Shown: one piece after another, positions 26,868 through 37,153 of the stretch | Layout: each line of letters begins with the position of its first letter | How positions within the stretch are numbered: position 1 is the first letter of the stretch | Source: an uncultured virus (IMG/VR IMGVR_UViG_3300032050_000029) | Lineage: Duplodnaviria > Heunggongvirae > Uroviricota > Caudoviricetes | IMG/VR virus record: IMGVR_UViG_3300032050_000029 | Span: 62,001-121,978 of that record | Strand: one strand, 5' to 3' | Length of the DNA stretch: 59,978 nt | Notes under the pieces: generated by a model | What the model saw: the letters and a program-made list of their open reading frames with translations, nothing else | Databases searched by the model: none | Told to the model about the DNA's origin: nothing | Made by a program: the position numbers and the translations under genes

Positions 26868-28826
26868 TTATCTAGGATTGGTTTCTTTCTGTAGTAATAG
26901 TTGTGGTGCAGCATTATCCAGTAGTAAAGTTAAATGAGTATCTTTTACTACATATTGTGATAATATCAATTCCTGTAATTCTTCTTCAATAGGTTTACTC
27001 CAAATACGAAGGTTAGTTAGGTCTGTTTTACACCCTAATAGTTTCCATGAATTAAAATCTGGTATTTCAATCGGTGTATACAATTTGGTCTCAGAAAATA
27101 TCTTTGTTAATTGAGCGCTATTTTTTGGATTAATTGCACCTGTTTTATCAAGAGTTTCATATCCAAACAGGCTTAATTGTTTTGCAATAGAATTAAGATT
27201 AATTACGAATGCATACCAATTATTCTCAATAAGAGATAGACCTTGTGATTGTAAATTATACTTAAAATAGTTACCATCCAACTTTACTATAAACCAATTT
27301 GGTGTGTATGTGAATTCTACAAGTTGAGCAGGTGGTAAAAGAGACGTTTCATAAACCATAAAGGTATTACTTGCCTCTCTGTTAAATCTAGGAGTACCTT
27401 GGAATGTATTATCAATATAGTCTACATCAATATTAATACTAGTAGATCCTATTGCGGTTATTTTATGAATACCGTTATATGATGCGGTACCAGCAACCTT
27501 AACCCAATTTCCAACAGAGAGGGTTTGTGACAGGGTAGGTAAACCTGAAGTATTAAGTTTTACCTTTCCTCCGCTATTAGTTATGCCTGTGATTGCCACA
27601 TTTATCCCAATAGGATTTGTGTATTTTGGTCTTACCCAAAAAGTAAATGCTCTATCATCGGTTTCTTTCCATCCTTTATTATATCTGTACTCAACACCTT
27701 CTATGCCTGTTTCCATTGAGGACAACTGATAGTGATATTTGGAAATAATAGTCCAGTTATTATAAACATTCTCCTCTTTAATTAAAAGTCTCTTATCAAG
27801 TATTCTTCTAACATAATCATTTGATAAAGTACCTATAGTGTTATATTGATTAGGCTTTCTTACATCATCGTATTCTTTATTAGCCTCTTCACCAAACTTA
27901 GATTCAAGGTCACTTACCAATGCATTCTTTTCAGCTTCAATGTTTTTATTAGGATAGAGAACAGCCGTTCTTTGTTGATAAGGTACAAGACTTACTCTCC
28001 AATATGATCCGGTATATAAAAAGTCATCCGCTTCAGTAACAGCATCAACTTCATACATTCTGTTCATATATTGTTCAAAATACAAATAGTCTCTCATCTG
28101 TGGTCTTGCACCAACACCAAATACTTGTTCAAATGCTGATTTAACAATATGCACCTCAAACTGTACAGGAAAATCCATCATAAGAGGATTATACTGAATG
28201 TCCCTTGTTGGTAATTGGTTATCAGGAAACATTATCTTAACTTCTGCAGTTGAGATAACATTAAATAAAGAATATTCTTTTAGGATAACATCTTTACTTC
28301 TTTGATCTGCAGCAGTCTTAAAGTACTTAACACAAAAACCAAATAAATTTGATGCAACAGCAGAAAGTTGGTTATACATCTGTGATGCCCTGGACAAATC
28401 ATACGGGTTCCAGGATGAACCACAGCAATCAATAACAAGGTTTTGCGCACCTGATAATGAACCGCTATCACAACAATTAATTTGTGGAATTTTACAAATC
28501 ATTCCACCATCTGTAACTATTTCGAGTGATATAGACTTAAATTCTAGTGTGCCATCGCCCACCTGTTCATACTTATACTGCACCCAAAATGGATTAATCG
28601 GATTGAGTAACAAACCGTCTAGATTCGCATTAGTTAATGAGATCCAATCAGAATAGGTAACTCCATCAATACCCCATCTAAAAGATTTACTAAAATAAAC
28701 TGATGTAGATTCACCTTCGGTTTGATCACTATAACTTAATACCTCAACAACATTCTTGTAAGGCTCTTGAAGACTTATTAAAATAGCATCGCCATTTTCA
28801 TTTGTTGTTGTTCCTATAACGGCCAT
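26868..28826 (-). CDS. Virion structural protein (neck gp14-like region plus extra domains)
   Basis: NLFGFCVKYF, RPQMRDYLYF..MYEV; beta-rich C-terminus. Confidence 0.5.
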   Translation of the reverse strand: MAVIGTTTNENGDAILISLQEPYKNVVEVLSYSDQTEGESTSVYFSKSFRWGIDGVTYSDWISLTNANLDGLLLNPINPFWVQYKYEQVGDGTLEFKSISLEIVTDGGMICKIPQINCCDSGSLSGAQNLVIDCCGSSWNPYDLSRASQMYNQLSAVASNLFGFCVKYFKTAADQRSKDVILKEYSLFNVISTAEVKIMFPDNQLPTRDIQYNPLMMDFPVQFEVHIVKSAFEQVFGVGARPQMRDYLYFEQYMNRMYEVDAVTEADDFLYTGSYWRVSLVPYQQRTAVLYPNKNIEAEKNALVSDLESKFGEEANKEYDDVRKPNQYNTIGTLSNDYVRRILDKRLLIKEENVYNNWTIISKYHYQLSSMETGIEGVEYRYNKGWKETDDRAFTFWVRPKYTNPIGINVAITGITNSGGKVKLNTSGLPTLSQTLSVGNWVKVAGTASYNGIHKITAIGSTSINIDVDYIDNTFQGTPRFNREASNTFMVYETSLLPPAQLVEFTYTPNWFIVKLDGNYFKYNLQSQGLSLIENNWYAFVINLNSIAKQLSLFGYETLDKTGAINPKNSAQLTKIFSETKLYTPIEIPDFNSWKLLGCKTDLTNLRIWSKPIEEELQELILSQYVVKDTHLTLLLDNAAPQLLLQKETNPR

Positions 28827-28829
28827 GTA

Positions 28830-29258
28830 TTAAGAATTTATTTGTTGTTCTATTTCTTCAACTTCAACCACTTCCTTTTTGAAAGTTTCACCTAAAATAT
28901 ATGAACCTACAAACGGTGTTAATGCTGCAAAATATGCGCTTACTCCAATAAGATCTGAACCATTTACGATTACCCATAAACCTACGGCTAGCCATAATCC
29001 AATTGTAATGTACATCATTACTTCTCTTCTACTGTTAGGGCCTGGCAAAAATATTGAAGAATTTTTACTTCTACGAACGCTTTCACCAAATATATATGAA
29101 GCAACGAAACCTGTTAAAGAAACAAAATATGCAGCCAAAGCAGTAAAATCGGTTTCAAAATATGTTGCAGTAATACCTACAGCTAACCATAAAAGTACCA
29201 CAAGATATGTTACGCATTCACGCTTAGATTCGCAACATCTCCTTAAAAAACTTTTCAT
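28830..29258 (-). CDS. 4-TM membrane protein with internal duplication
   Basis: Two copies of RE..Y....LWLAVG...AYF..LT.FV.SYI.GE. Confidence 0.7.
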   Translation of the reverse strand: MKSFLRRCCESKRECVTYLVVLLWLAVGITATYFETDFTALAAYFVSLTGFVASYIFGESVRRSKNSSIFLPGPNSRREVMMYITIGLWLAVGLWVIVNGSDLIGVSAYFAALTPFVGSYILGETFKKEVVEVEEIEQQINS

Positions 29259-29282
29259 AAGACCTTTTTGTTTATATATTCC

Positions 29283-29954
29283 TTAATAAGGAGTATAGTC
29301 TGTCTTAACCAAAAGGGTAGGATCATCTTCTTCTAGTTTTTGATCAATATGATCAAGAAGATCAAATGTTCCAAGAGTACCATCAATTTCAAGTTGGCCT
29401 AAAATTTCAAATAAAAGTGAAGCTTTCATATAAAAATATGAAGATCTTTCTAAATACTTGTTAGGCATTATTTTGTACTCAATAATCTTTTTATTAATAA
29501 TATCGAGTTGGCTTCTTTGGAATACTTGAGTTAAGTCAAAAATACCTTCTTCTATCTTAAAATAAAAGCTCATAATTTCCTTATTCTCAATCTTAACAAC
29601 TCTTGAGAATTTTTTATCATAAGAAATACTAAATGTCATCCACTCTAGATTTTCTAGCCTTTCTATAATTGACCAAAGAAAGGTAACCGAATTAGGTTTA
29701 TTACCAGGCATTGCAGCAAGACCATCTACCTCGGCTTTTGTGATCTCATGATCCAGTCTTTTATTACCTCTAATAGCAGACTTAAAAGATTCTACATCAA
29801 CGGTGAAAAGATTTTCATCACCGGATTCATTCCAGTTTTTACACTCTTTTATGACTCTTGATATGATAATACTATCAATGAGATCAAACTTATAAAGAGT
29901 AAAGTAAATGTGAGTTGGAATACCTAACTCAAACTTATTGTCTATTAGCATCAT
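29283..29954 (-). CDS. Hypothetical protein
   Basis: 223-aa ORF. Confidence 0.65.
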   Translation of the reverse strand: MMLIDNKFELGIPTHIYFTLYKFDLIDSIIISRVIKECKNWNESGDENLFTVDVESFKSAIRGNKRLDHEITKAEVDGLAAMPGNKPNSVTFLWSIIERLENLEWMTFSISYDKKFSRVVKIENKEIMSFYFKIEEGIFDLTQVFQRSQLDIINKKIIEYKIMPNKYLERSSYFYMKASLLFEILGQLEIDGTLGTFDLLDHIDQKLEEDDPTLLVKTDYTPY

Positions 29955-30351
29955 TTCCCATCTGTTTTTCTAATATATCTATCGCGGTTCGGACTTCTGA
30001 TGGGTTATATTTTAGGCATTCTTTAAACTCTCTATGACCAATTTCATTAAATTTCATATAAAGTTCAACGGCCTTTGGATCTGGTGACCATTGCTTTTCT
30101 TTTTCTTGTTTCTTTACCTTTGTGTAAATAAAACCTGGAACTTTATTAAACTTTGAAGCAACCATTCTCCATGCTTCTGCCTGTCCTACTGGATCAATTT
30201 TAAGAGTATTAAACAGATTTGCCTGGATAGGAAATTTAATACTCATAAAACGATTGGTCATAAAAGAATTACGAGACTTATCATAACTAGAAACTTTATC
30301 CCATTGTGCGTCTTTACCAAATAAAACCTTTATGTAGTCAAATAATTGCAT
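29935..30351 (-). CDS. Probable clamp loader small subunit (gp62-like)
   Basis: LFDYI..SFMTNRFMS pattern; near the gp44 homolog. Confidence 0.5.
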   Translation of the reverse strand: MQLFDYIKVLFGKDAQWDKVSSYDKSRNSFMTNRFMSIKFPIQANLFNTLKIDPVGQAEAWRMVASKFNKVPGFIYTKVKKQEKEKQWSPDPKAVELYMKFNEIGHREFKECLKYNPSEVRTAIDILEKQMGNDANRQ

Positions 30352-30370
30352 ACTCCTTTTTTATTATACT

Positions 30371-30661
30371 TTAACAGTTCATTTTTGTTTTAGGGGAACA
30401 TCCTAAAACAATAGATATTCTAAATGATTGTCTAAGATATTTAGGGATCTTATATTCTTTATAAATTTCTTTAAAAATAGGTTCCCATTTACTTTCTTCT
30501 AATTCATAATCTAAAAAAGGTATCTCTTTTTGACCTCTGTCATTTAAAGAAGCAGTTTCAACTAAATAGTCAAAATTGCCACTAGGAGTTGATTCTCTAA
30601 AAAGACGACGATAACATTCCATCATCGCATCATCTACTCTTTTTTGCATTCTTGACGTCAT
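30371..30661 (-). CDS. Hypothetical protein
   Basis: Start MTSRMQ directly after the upstream stop. Confidence 0.6.
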   Translation of the reverse strand: MTSRMQKRVDDAMMECYRRLFRESTPSGNFDYLVETASLNDRGQKEIPFLDYELEESKWEPIFKEIYKEYKIPKYLRQSFRISIVLGCSPKTKMNC

Positions 30662-30662
30662 A

Positions 30663-31877
30663 TTAAAATATTTTTCCCTTTTGTTTACGATCTGATATGA
30701 AAGAAAAATCAGAGTCATCTTCATCATCTTTAAAGATCTTAGATGAAACTGCTATTGAGGTATCTTCTGTCTTATATGGGCTATTTTCTAAAATTGATTT
30801 CATTGAAGAAACACCATTAATCTTTAAAGTATTTAAACTAATCTTAGACTCAATAGAGCGAAACATTTCGTCTAGGATACCCTCTGGGATAGATTCGGCA
30901 GAAAGAACCATTAAGTTTACGTTTGATTTAATATTGGCAATGATCTGTTCCCTGGTCATATGTTTAGCCTTCATAACACGAATAATGATATTGGCAAGGT
31001 CAGTTACCAACTCATCATTATAAAGATACATATGAGAAAGGACGCCATGCTTCTGTTTGAATTCAGAAACAATTTCTTCTGCCTTCTTTTCGCTGATTCC
31101 ATAACGGCGATCTTTAGATACATACCAATATGCAGGAGTAACATTATCACCAGCATCACCGGTAAGAACTTTTCTAAAACGAAACTCTTCGGGGTCAACC
31201 TCTATGATATCAACCTTTTTCTTTTTTACCAAAGTTTGTAATAGCTTCTTTGCTTGATTTTCTGGTGAAACTGAAACCTTCATAAGATCAAAGATATCTG
31301 TTGATGTTTCTTGTTCTTCAGTATTCATCCATTCAGAGAAGCCTTGATAGGTATAGAGTTTCTTATGAGCCGGTGAAAATAGGATAGTATGAGTATCATT
31401 ATTTTTACAAACTAATTGAACAATATCACGGTCACCAGTAAACATAATTACTGATTTGTTATTGGCTAAAGATTCAGTATTCCATGCATACATTAAATCG
31501 TCACCTTCGGCTCCATCAATTTTTGAAACAATTACACCCTGACGAACCAAGAGACCAATAAAGTCTTCTGATACTTTAGAAAAGTTTTCCCAGTTAATAG
31601 TGGAATCTTGTTTACGATTTCCTTTATAATCTGCCTCTGGGTAAAAGTCCTTACGCCATGAACGAGAATCTACCGTCCATACAATTTTATCAATAAGACC
31701 TTCAAATAATCTAACCTGGTATGCAAAATCAGTTGCGAGTTTTGCCATAAAGGATTGAGACTCTTCAGAAGAACCTAGTAATTCTTTAGACTTACCTAGA
31801 CGAGGCAAGACATATAATGTTCTGAATAGAAAATAATTTCCATCCACAACTAGTGTGTGTCTACCTGTTTTTTTCAT
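30663..31877 (-). CDS. rnh: 5'-3' exonuclease/flap nuclease (T4 RNase H-like)
   Basis: VVDGNY, YKGNRK, EGDD, TGDRD, LTGDAGDNV. Confidence 0.9.
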   Translation of the reverse strand: MKKTGRHTLVVDGNYFLFRTLYVLPRLGKSKELLGSSEESQSFMAKLATDFAYQVRLFEGLIDKIVWTVDSRSWRKDFYPEADYKGNRKQDSTINWENFSKVSEDFIGLLVRQGVIVSKIDGAEGDDLMYAWNTESLANNKSVIMFTGDRDIVQLVCKNNDTHTILFSPAHKKLYTYQGFSEWMNTEEQETSTDIFDLMKVSVSPENQAKKLLQTLVKKKKVDIIEVDPEEFRFRKVLTGDAGDNVTPAYWYVSKDRRYGISEKKAEEIVSEFKQKHGVLSHMYLYNDELVTDLANIIIRVMKAKHMTREQIIANIKSNVNLMVLSAESIPEGILDEMFRSIESKISLNTLKINGVSSMKSILENSPYKTEDTSIAVSSKIFKDDEDDSDFSFISDRKQKGKIF

Positions 31878-31908
31878 CTATTTTTGTAATTTATTAAAAT
31901 ATAACAGG

Positions 31909-32073
31909 TCAAGAATTAAACTGAAAGTTTATAATAAGGAATTCTTTTTCAATCTGTTCTTGTGATTGATTAGATCTTTCTCTCTTAAACTCCCAAAATC
32001 TTTTTACTGCTTCACCTAATGCAAAATGATTAGGATATCTCTTAATTAATTCATTTAGTAAATTATCTGACAT
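31909..32073 (-). CDS. Small hypothetical protein (54 aa, not in ORF track)
   Basis: MSDNLLNELIKRYPNHFALGEAVKRFW...; fills the gap. Confidence 0.6.
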   Translation of the reverse strand: MSDNLLNELIKRYPNHFALGEAVKRFWEFKRERSNQSQEQIEKEFLIINFQFNS

Positions 32074-32074
32074 A

Positions 32075-33037
32075 TTATGCACCATTTAATATTGATTGCA
32101 ATTCATAAATACAAGCGAGCATTGATACAGCAGGATCAATTACAAGTTGTCTTTGCGATTGATACTTTGAAACCGTTACAATTGTTTGCGGTATGAATTG
32201 AATATAAGAAGGTCTTTCCTGTTGTATGTATTCAATAAATTCAGCGCCTAAGGAAGAGAGTACATCATCTACTCGGTTTGCATAATTTGATAACATATAT
32301 TGGTAATTTTTTACCGGGTCAGTGTTATCAATAATAAGATCATAAACATCTTTGTAAACCGAACTAAACTTCTTAATATCTTCAACAGTAATAGTTTCCT
32401 TACCTTGGGATTTAAACCCTTGAAGTTGATTAAGCATATTACGAAGATCCGGAAATTTTCTTTTTACCAATTCAACAGCTGCATGTTTATCAATTCCAAT
32501 TCCTTCTTCTTTACAGATTTGTAAAATTCTCATTATGTAACCTTTCATAATTTCCATTTCCTCCTCCTTCGTAAAATCAAAATCAATCATTTCAAATCTT
32601 GATTGAATTGGATCTGGAACCTTATTAATGTAATTACATGTTGCAATAAATCTGGCATTGGATGCAAATTGATCCATTGTTGCACGAAGGGCTTTAAAAA
32701 ATTGATCAGATACACCATCAATCTCATCTAGGATAATAACCTTAAGTTTACCAGGTTCATCCATAATGGAACGGTTTGCGCAGAAGTCAGTAATACGATT
32801 TCTAACAATATCAACCGAGGTATCTGTTGATGCATTAATATAAAGATATGGATGCTTAAAATGTTTAACCAATGCTTTAGCAGCGGATGTTTTACCTGTA
32901 CCTGGACTACCATGTAAAAGAAGATGTTGATAAACACCCTTTGATAATTTATCACCTACTCGTTTAGGTGTAATAAGATCATCTAAGTTTTGTGGCCGGT
33001 ACTTTTCAGTTAAAAGAATATTCTGTACATTTCTCAT
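32075..33037 (-). CDS. gp44: Clamp loader AAA+ subunit
   Basis: EKYRP, GSPGTGKT, ILDEID, IQSRF. Confidence 0.92.
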   Translation of the reverse strand: MRNVQNILLTEKYRPQNLDDLITPKRVGDKLSKGVYQHLLLHGSPGTGKTSAAKALVKHFKHPYLYINASTDTSVDIVRNRITDFCANRSIMDEPGKLKVIILDEIDGVSDQFFKALRATMDQFASNARFIATCNYINKVPDPIQSRFEMIDFDFTKEEEMEIMKGYIMRILQICKEEGIGIDKHAAVELVKRKFPDLRNMLNQLQGFKSQGKETITVEDIKKFSSVYKDVYDLIIDNTDPVKNYQYMLSNYANRVDDVLSSLGAEFIEYIQQERPSYIQFIPQTIVTVSKYQSQRQLVIDPAVSMLACIYELQSILNGA

Positions 33038-33122
33038 AATTAAGATACTATTGTTTATTTTTATATGCAAACCTGAGTGATAGTTTTACTAAGGATAAAT
33101 AAAAAAATCATATAAGACATCA

Positions 33123-33932
33123 ATGAGAAGAGTAAGAAAATTACTTGGTAATGACAGAAGAGTTCCTGTCATAAAAGAGAATAAGGGATTACCTCCAACT
33201 GTAATTAAGAAAGGGCAATCTAGTAATAGGTTAGGAAGAGTAGTTGTTGCTAATGATAATATACCAACAATACAGCGAAGAAATCTTAGTATTACAACAT
33301 CGGCTGAAGTAACAAAAAGACCAATAAGTAAAATTGAACCTATTTGGTTAGGTGAAACCGTTTTCATTATAGGGGGTGGGCCATCTCTTCAAGATTTTAA
33401 TTGGTCTGGTCTTTATGGTAAGAAAACCATTGCAATCAATAAATCACTACTTTCGTTTCCTCAAGCAAATGTTCTTTATTGGACAGATTCTAGGGTTTAT
33501 TCCTGGATGAAAGCCGACATTGATAATTTCAAAGGCCCTAAATATACAATACGAGATCACCCATCATATATAGGCGACATTAAGATTTTAAGAAAAGGTA
33601 ATAAGTTTGGTTTAGAAGAAGCCAAAGATACGCTATCACATGGTAATAATAGCGGATATGCTGCTATTAATCTTGCATACCATTTAGGAGCAAAACGAAT
33701 TATTCTTTTAGGATATGATATGGGTAATGATGGTAAAAGAGGACATCATCATGATGGATATCCAGTTCCGGTAACAGGTGATAATATTTACAGGGATCAA
33801 TTTATCCCAGGATTTAAGATACTTGCAGATCTACTTAAGACAAAAGGAATTGAAGTCTATAATGCATCTCCAAATAGTTTATTAAATACCTGGCCTAAGA
33901 TTACATTAGAAAAAGCTTTAACTTTTAAATGA
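33123..33932 (+). CDS. Maf/DUF115-like (sialyltransferase-fold) transferase
   Basis: VFIIGGGPSL, IAIN, NSGYAAINLAYHLGAKRIILLGYDM. Confidence 0.65.
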   Translation: MRRVRKLLGNDRRVPVIKENKGLPPTVIKKGQSSNRLGRVVVANDNIPTIQRRNLSITTSAEVTKRPISKIEPIWLGETVFIIGGGPSLQDFNWSGLYGKKTIAINKSLLSFPQANVLYWTDSRVYSWMKADIDNFKGPKYTIRDHPSYIGDIKILRKGNKFGLEEAKDTLSHGNNSGYAAINLAYHLGAKRIILLGYDMGNDGKRGHHHDGYPVPVTGDNIYRDQFIPGFKILADLLKTKGIEVYNASPNSLLNTWPKITLEKALTFK

Positions 33933-34409
33933 TCTTCTAATATGTGTGATAAACTCCCTTTGTTCACCTTTTAGAAGAGATTTACAGTGTTTAGTAAAGT
34001 TAACAGATGAATCTATTACTCGTTGATCAACCCTTTTATTCCGTGAGTTATGAGCCTCAGAACATTTGCTACATACAAAGTTTTCAATCTTCTTTGAATC
34101 CATTCTTGCCTTAATCTCTACAGAACAGATTGCACAGTTCCAGTCTATAACATTTGAGTCTGATTCTACTTCCTTTATTGTGGTAAAGGTTTCTCTAAAG
34201 GGATTCCAAAGAATCTTATTAGGATTCTTTTCATGGTCATTCATATCCTCAACCTTAAAAATGATTTCATATGTTTGCGGGTCTGGATCTAACCACTTAA
34301 GGTAGTCATTCTCTGCCATAAATCGTTGCTTTGAAGGCGGCAGGTTCTCCAAAAGAATACCATGCCGCCTTCTATACCATCCAAAGTTTATTTTACGAAC
34401 TTTATACAT
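33918..34409 (-). CDS. Hypothetical Zn-finger protein
   Basis: CAIC..CSKC. Confidence 0.65.
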   Translation of the reverse strand: MYKVRKINFGWYRRRHGILLENLPPSKQRFMAENDYLKWLDPDPQTYEIIFKVEDMNDHEKNPNKILWNPFRETFTTIKEVESDSNVIDWNCAICSVEIKARMDSKKIENFVCSKCSEAHNSRNKRVDQRVIDSSVNFTKHCKSLLKGEQREFITHIRRSFKS

Positions 34410-35559
34410 TTACATTTTTACTTAATCTTCTAAATTTATCAGTAAAAGATTCACCAATATAACCAGCAGATTCATTTTTACCTGCCTTCTTATCTTTAAG
34501 ATCCTTTAGTTTATTTTCTTCTGGTTCAAGAGCCTTTGCTAAAACTTCAGGACTTGCAAGAGGACTATTTTTATCCTTTGCTTTATTCTTAATTGCAGCT
34601 ATCTTATCTTCCTGATCTGCTATTTCTTTATCAAGAGGATCCTCCTCGGTTGCAACAGCAGCCTTTAGATCATCCTGTGCAACATTAAGAGCAGATTGTG
34701 CAGCGGCAATGTCATCAGAATTACCTCCTAATTTTGCTTTTTCTAATTCTTCTGCTTTAATCTGTCTTTCAATAGCTAAAACATCAGGGTGTTTTTTAGA
34801 TCCAAGCGAATCTTCTTTAGACTGTTTATCTGCCTTTAATTTATTGATCTTAGAATCTATAACGTTTATCTTTTCAGTATTATCCTCGCCTTCGGGCTTA
34901 GTCTCTCCTTCGGGCTTAGTCTCAGCTGCAGGTTTATTATCCTTTACTTTAGGCATTTCTTGCTGCTGTGGTTGCTCTTGAGCCTGTGGTTCTTCTGCTT
35001 TAGGTTCTTCGGCCTTTTCATAATCCTTAATATCTTGCTCTGCCTTAGCAGCTTGTGCATTAAGTTTCTTTATTTGGATCTTAAGTTGTTTAGTTTCTTC
35101 GGCATCAGCAGCTTTAAGAGCAGTTTCAGCAGCGGCAACTTTAGCCTTTGACATAGCAAGAGATTTAACGGCCTGTAAACCTGGACTCGTTGCAAGAGTA
35201 GTCATACGGTCAGAAATAGCGCTGGCCTTATCGGTAAGTGCCTGGTTCTTTGCAGCATTAGCCTGTCTAAGAACCTCCTTTTTATCTGCATCTACTTCTC
35301 CACCAGATGCCTGTATTTTCTTTTCATAGTCTACATTATTAAGAGCCTTTTGTACCAATGCTTGTTGGTACTTCTTTGCATTGTTCTTAATCTTTAAAAA
35401 TTTAACAGGATTTTGAAAAAGGGCACCTGCTCTAGTTTGTGCAGGTTTAGGCGCAGCTTCATTAATAGCCTGTTCAACCACGCGGTCAAGATGAGCCTCT
35501 AATCTAGTCTCAGCTTCCTTAATTATTCTAAAATGTTCAAAATTGACAAGTTCTTTCAT
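34402..35559 (-). CDS. Ala/Lys/Glu-rich coiled-coil protein, possible internal head protein
   Basis: Late promoter; N-terminal NFEHF..KE and INEA; ETKPEG tandem repeat at 34889-34923. Confidence 0.55.
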   Translation of the reverse strand: MKELVNFEHFRIIKEAETRLEAHLDRVVEQAINEAAPKPAQTRAGALFQNPVKFLKIKNNAKKYQQALVQKALNNVDYEKKIQASGGEVDADKKEVLRQANAAKNQALTDKASAISDRMTTLATSPGLQAVKSLAMSKAKVAAAETALKAADAEETKQLKIQIKKLNAQAAKAEQDIKDYEKAEEPKAEEPQAQEQPQQQEMPKVKDNKPAAETKPEGETKPEGEDNTEKINVIDSKINKLKADKQSKEDSLGSKKHPDVLAIERQIKAEELEKAKLGGNSDDIAAAQSALNVAQDDLKAAVATEEDPLDKEIADQEDKIAAIKNKAKDKNSPLASPEVLAKALEPEENKLKDLKDKKAGKNESAGYIGESFTDKFRRLSKNVNV

Positions 35560-35604
35560 TTCTTATTATTTTTTTAGTAATTTATATATTCCAGGGTCTA
35601 GAGC

Positions 35605-35633
35605 AAAAAAAAGGTTCGCCGAAGCGAACCTTT
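35605..35633 (-). terminator. Intrinsic terminator (UUCG loop)
   Basis: GGTTCGC-TTCG-GCGAACC followed by T8. Confidence 0.88.
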
Positions 35634-35655
35634 AGAGTATTTAATTTTACGATTA

Positions 35656-36771
35656 TTAACACATAACTGGTGACCAGATGTCATTGTATAACCAGTCTTG
35701 GAATGCAGCATGATCTTGAGCATCCCACCAGTTAAGAAAACATTTATAATCAACCCAAACGCTAGAGTCCTGGAATATACCATCAACTATAGTGGAATAG
35801 AATGCTTGAAAGTCAAAGCAGTATTGTTGTGCTAATGCATTAAACCAGTCAAGGGTACTTCCGTATCTATTATCAGTTACCCCACAAGGATTCGAACCGT
35901 CAAAGAATTGCTTAAAATTACTATCGCTAGGTGTTTTTACGGTCTGAGTAAAGAAAAACTGTGGGAGTTCCCAACCTGCTTTAGTGGTTGTGCCAAAGAA
36001 ATCAGGTCTTCCATCTATAATGGCTTTAATGTCATTAGTGTTTACAAATCTAGTGCCTTCCCATGCATTTGGAACATAAGATAATGTCATATTAGGAATA
36101 GGAACACCGGTATCCTCAACACGAAGATATGCGCCTTCCTGATTAGAGTATGGAACATATGATCTAACAATTGTTTTGGTTGCAGTAGTAGGCCAGTTAC
36201 CTATAGAATAAAATGGGGTTTGTGGTGCTTTAGTAAATGTATATTGTTGAATACCATAACCAAAAGGGACATTGCCATAAGATGTGGCATTTAACCATGT
36301 AGCTACATCAAGAAGATCATCAAACCTAGTTGCCTGATTTTCATTAGAAACAAGGTAAACTTCCCAGGATGCTGGAGCAGCACCAGGATTTATCACATAA
36401 ATGTAGGCGCCTAGATCAAATGAATATAGGATAGCTGTTCTATCTAATGTATTTGATGATTTTGCACCACCTGCAACATTCGGTGTGGGTGCAGCCCCAA
36501 ATGAAGTAGATCCAACCGGATCAGAAAAGAACTTATCCTTAATTTCATATCCATTTGCTGCATCAAAAAGTGTCTTTGATTCATCACCCCATTGGTTAGG
36601 ATACCAGTATGTAGAAGGTATCTGTGCATCGAGTGTATTAAGATTTGTGTATCTTGTTGCGTTATCAGCAATTTCAACAGTATCACCCCTAACACCTAAT
36701 ACGGTATTGTCTACTTTAAGCCATCTTCCAGCGTCTTTTGCTTTTATAACGGCTGCTCTATTTACTGCCAT
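35656..36771 (-). CDS. Hypothetical virion protein
   Basis: Late promoter, downstream of the major capsid gene. Confidence 0.6.
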   Translation of the reverse strand: MAVNRAAVIKAKDAGRWLKVDNTVLGVRGDTVEIADNATRYTNLNTLDAQIPSTYWYPNQWGDESKTLFDAANGYEIKDKFFSDPVGSTSFGAAPTPNVAGGAKSSNTLDRTAILYSFDLGAYIYVINPGAAPASWEVYLVSNENQATRFDDLLDVATWLNATSYGNVPFGYGIQQYTFTKAPQTPFYSIGNWPTTATKTIVRSYVPYSNQEGAYLRVEDTGVPIPNMTLSYVPNAWEGTRFVNTNDIKAIIDGRPDFFGTTTKAGWELPQFFFTQTVKTPSDSNFKQFFDGSNPCGVTDNRYGSTLDWFNALAQQYCFDFQAFYSTIVDGIFQDSSVWVDYKCFLNWWDAQDHAAFQDWLYNDIWSPVMC

Positions 36772-36823
36772 AATCTAATTTTTATTTTTATATATCTTTT
36801 AGGAGTAAAAATTTTAAAGAGGA

Positions 36824-37072
36824 TTATGCTGCAAAGTATAGCCATTGGATTTCCCAAGGGTATGCATTTATAGTAGGATCACCAATAGGTGTATCAGTTA
36901 AATAGTATTGAAGTTCCACGATGTTAACCCATTTAGTAGCACCATTAGGATTCGTAACCCATGTCCAAGTAACCGCCGAAGGATCACCACCAATGGTGCC
37001 AGGATCTATTGCAATGTATTTATCTTGGCTAAAATTATAAAGAACAGCTGCGCGGTAAACTCCTTGTGACAT
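36824..37072 (-). CDS. Small hypothetical virion protein (decoration candidate)
   Basis: Own late promoter; resembles an internal segment of 35656-36771. Confidence 0.6.
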   Translation of the reverse strand: MSQGVYRAAVLYNFSQDKYIAIDPGTIGGDPSAVTWTWVTNPNGATKWVNIVELQYYLTDTPIGDPTINAYPWEIQWLYFAA

Positions 37073-37099
37073 ATTGTTATTTTTGTTTTATATATTAAG

Positions 37100-37131
37100 A
37101 AAAAAAAAAGGTCCGCCGAAGCGGACCTTTT
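37100..37131 (-). terminator. Intrinsic terminator after major capsid gene
   Basis: GGTCCGC-TTCG-GCGGACC followed by T-tract; near-identical to 35605. Confidence 0.9.
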
Positions 37132-37153
37132 CAAACAGTATGATTACTATTGA

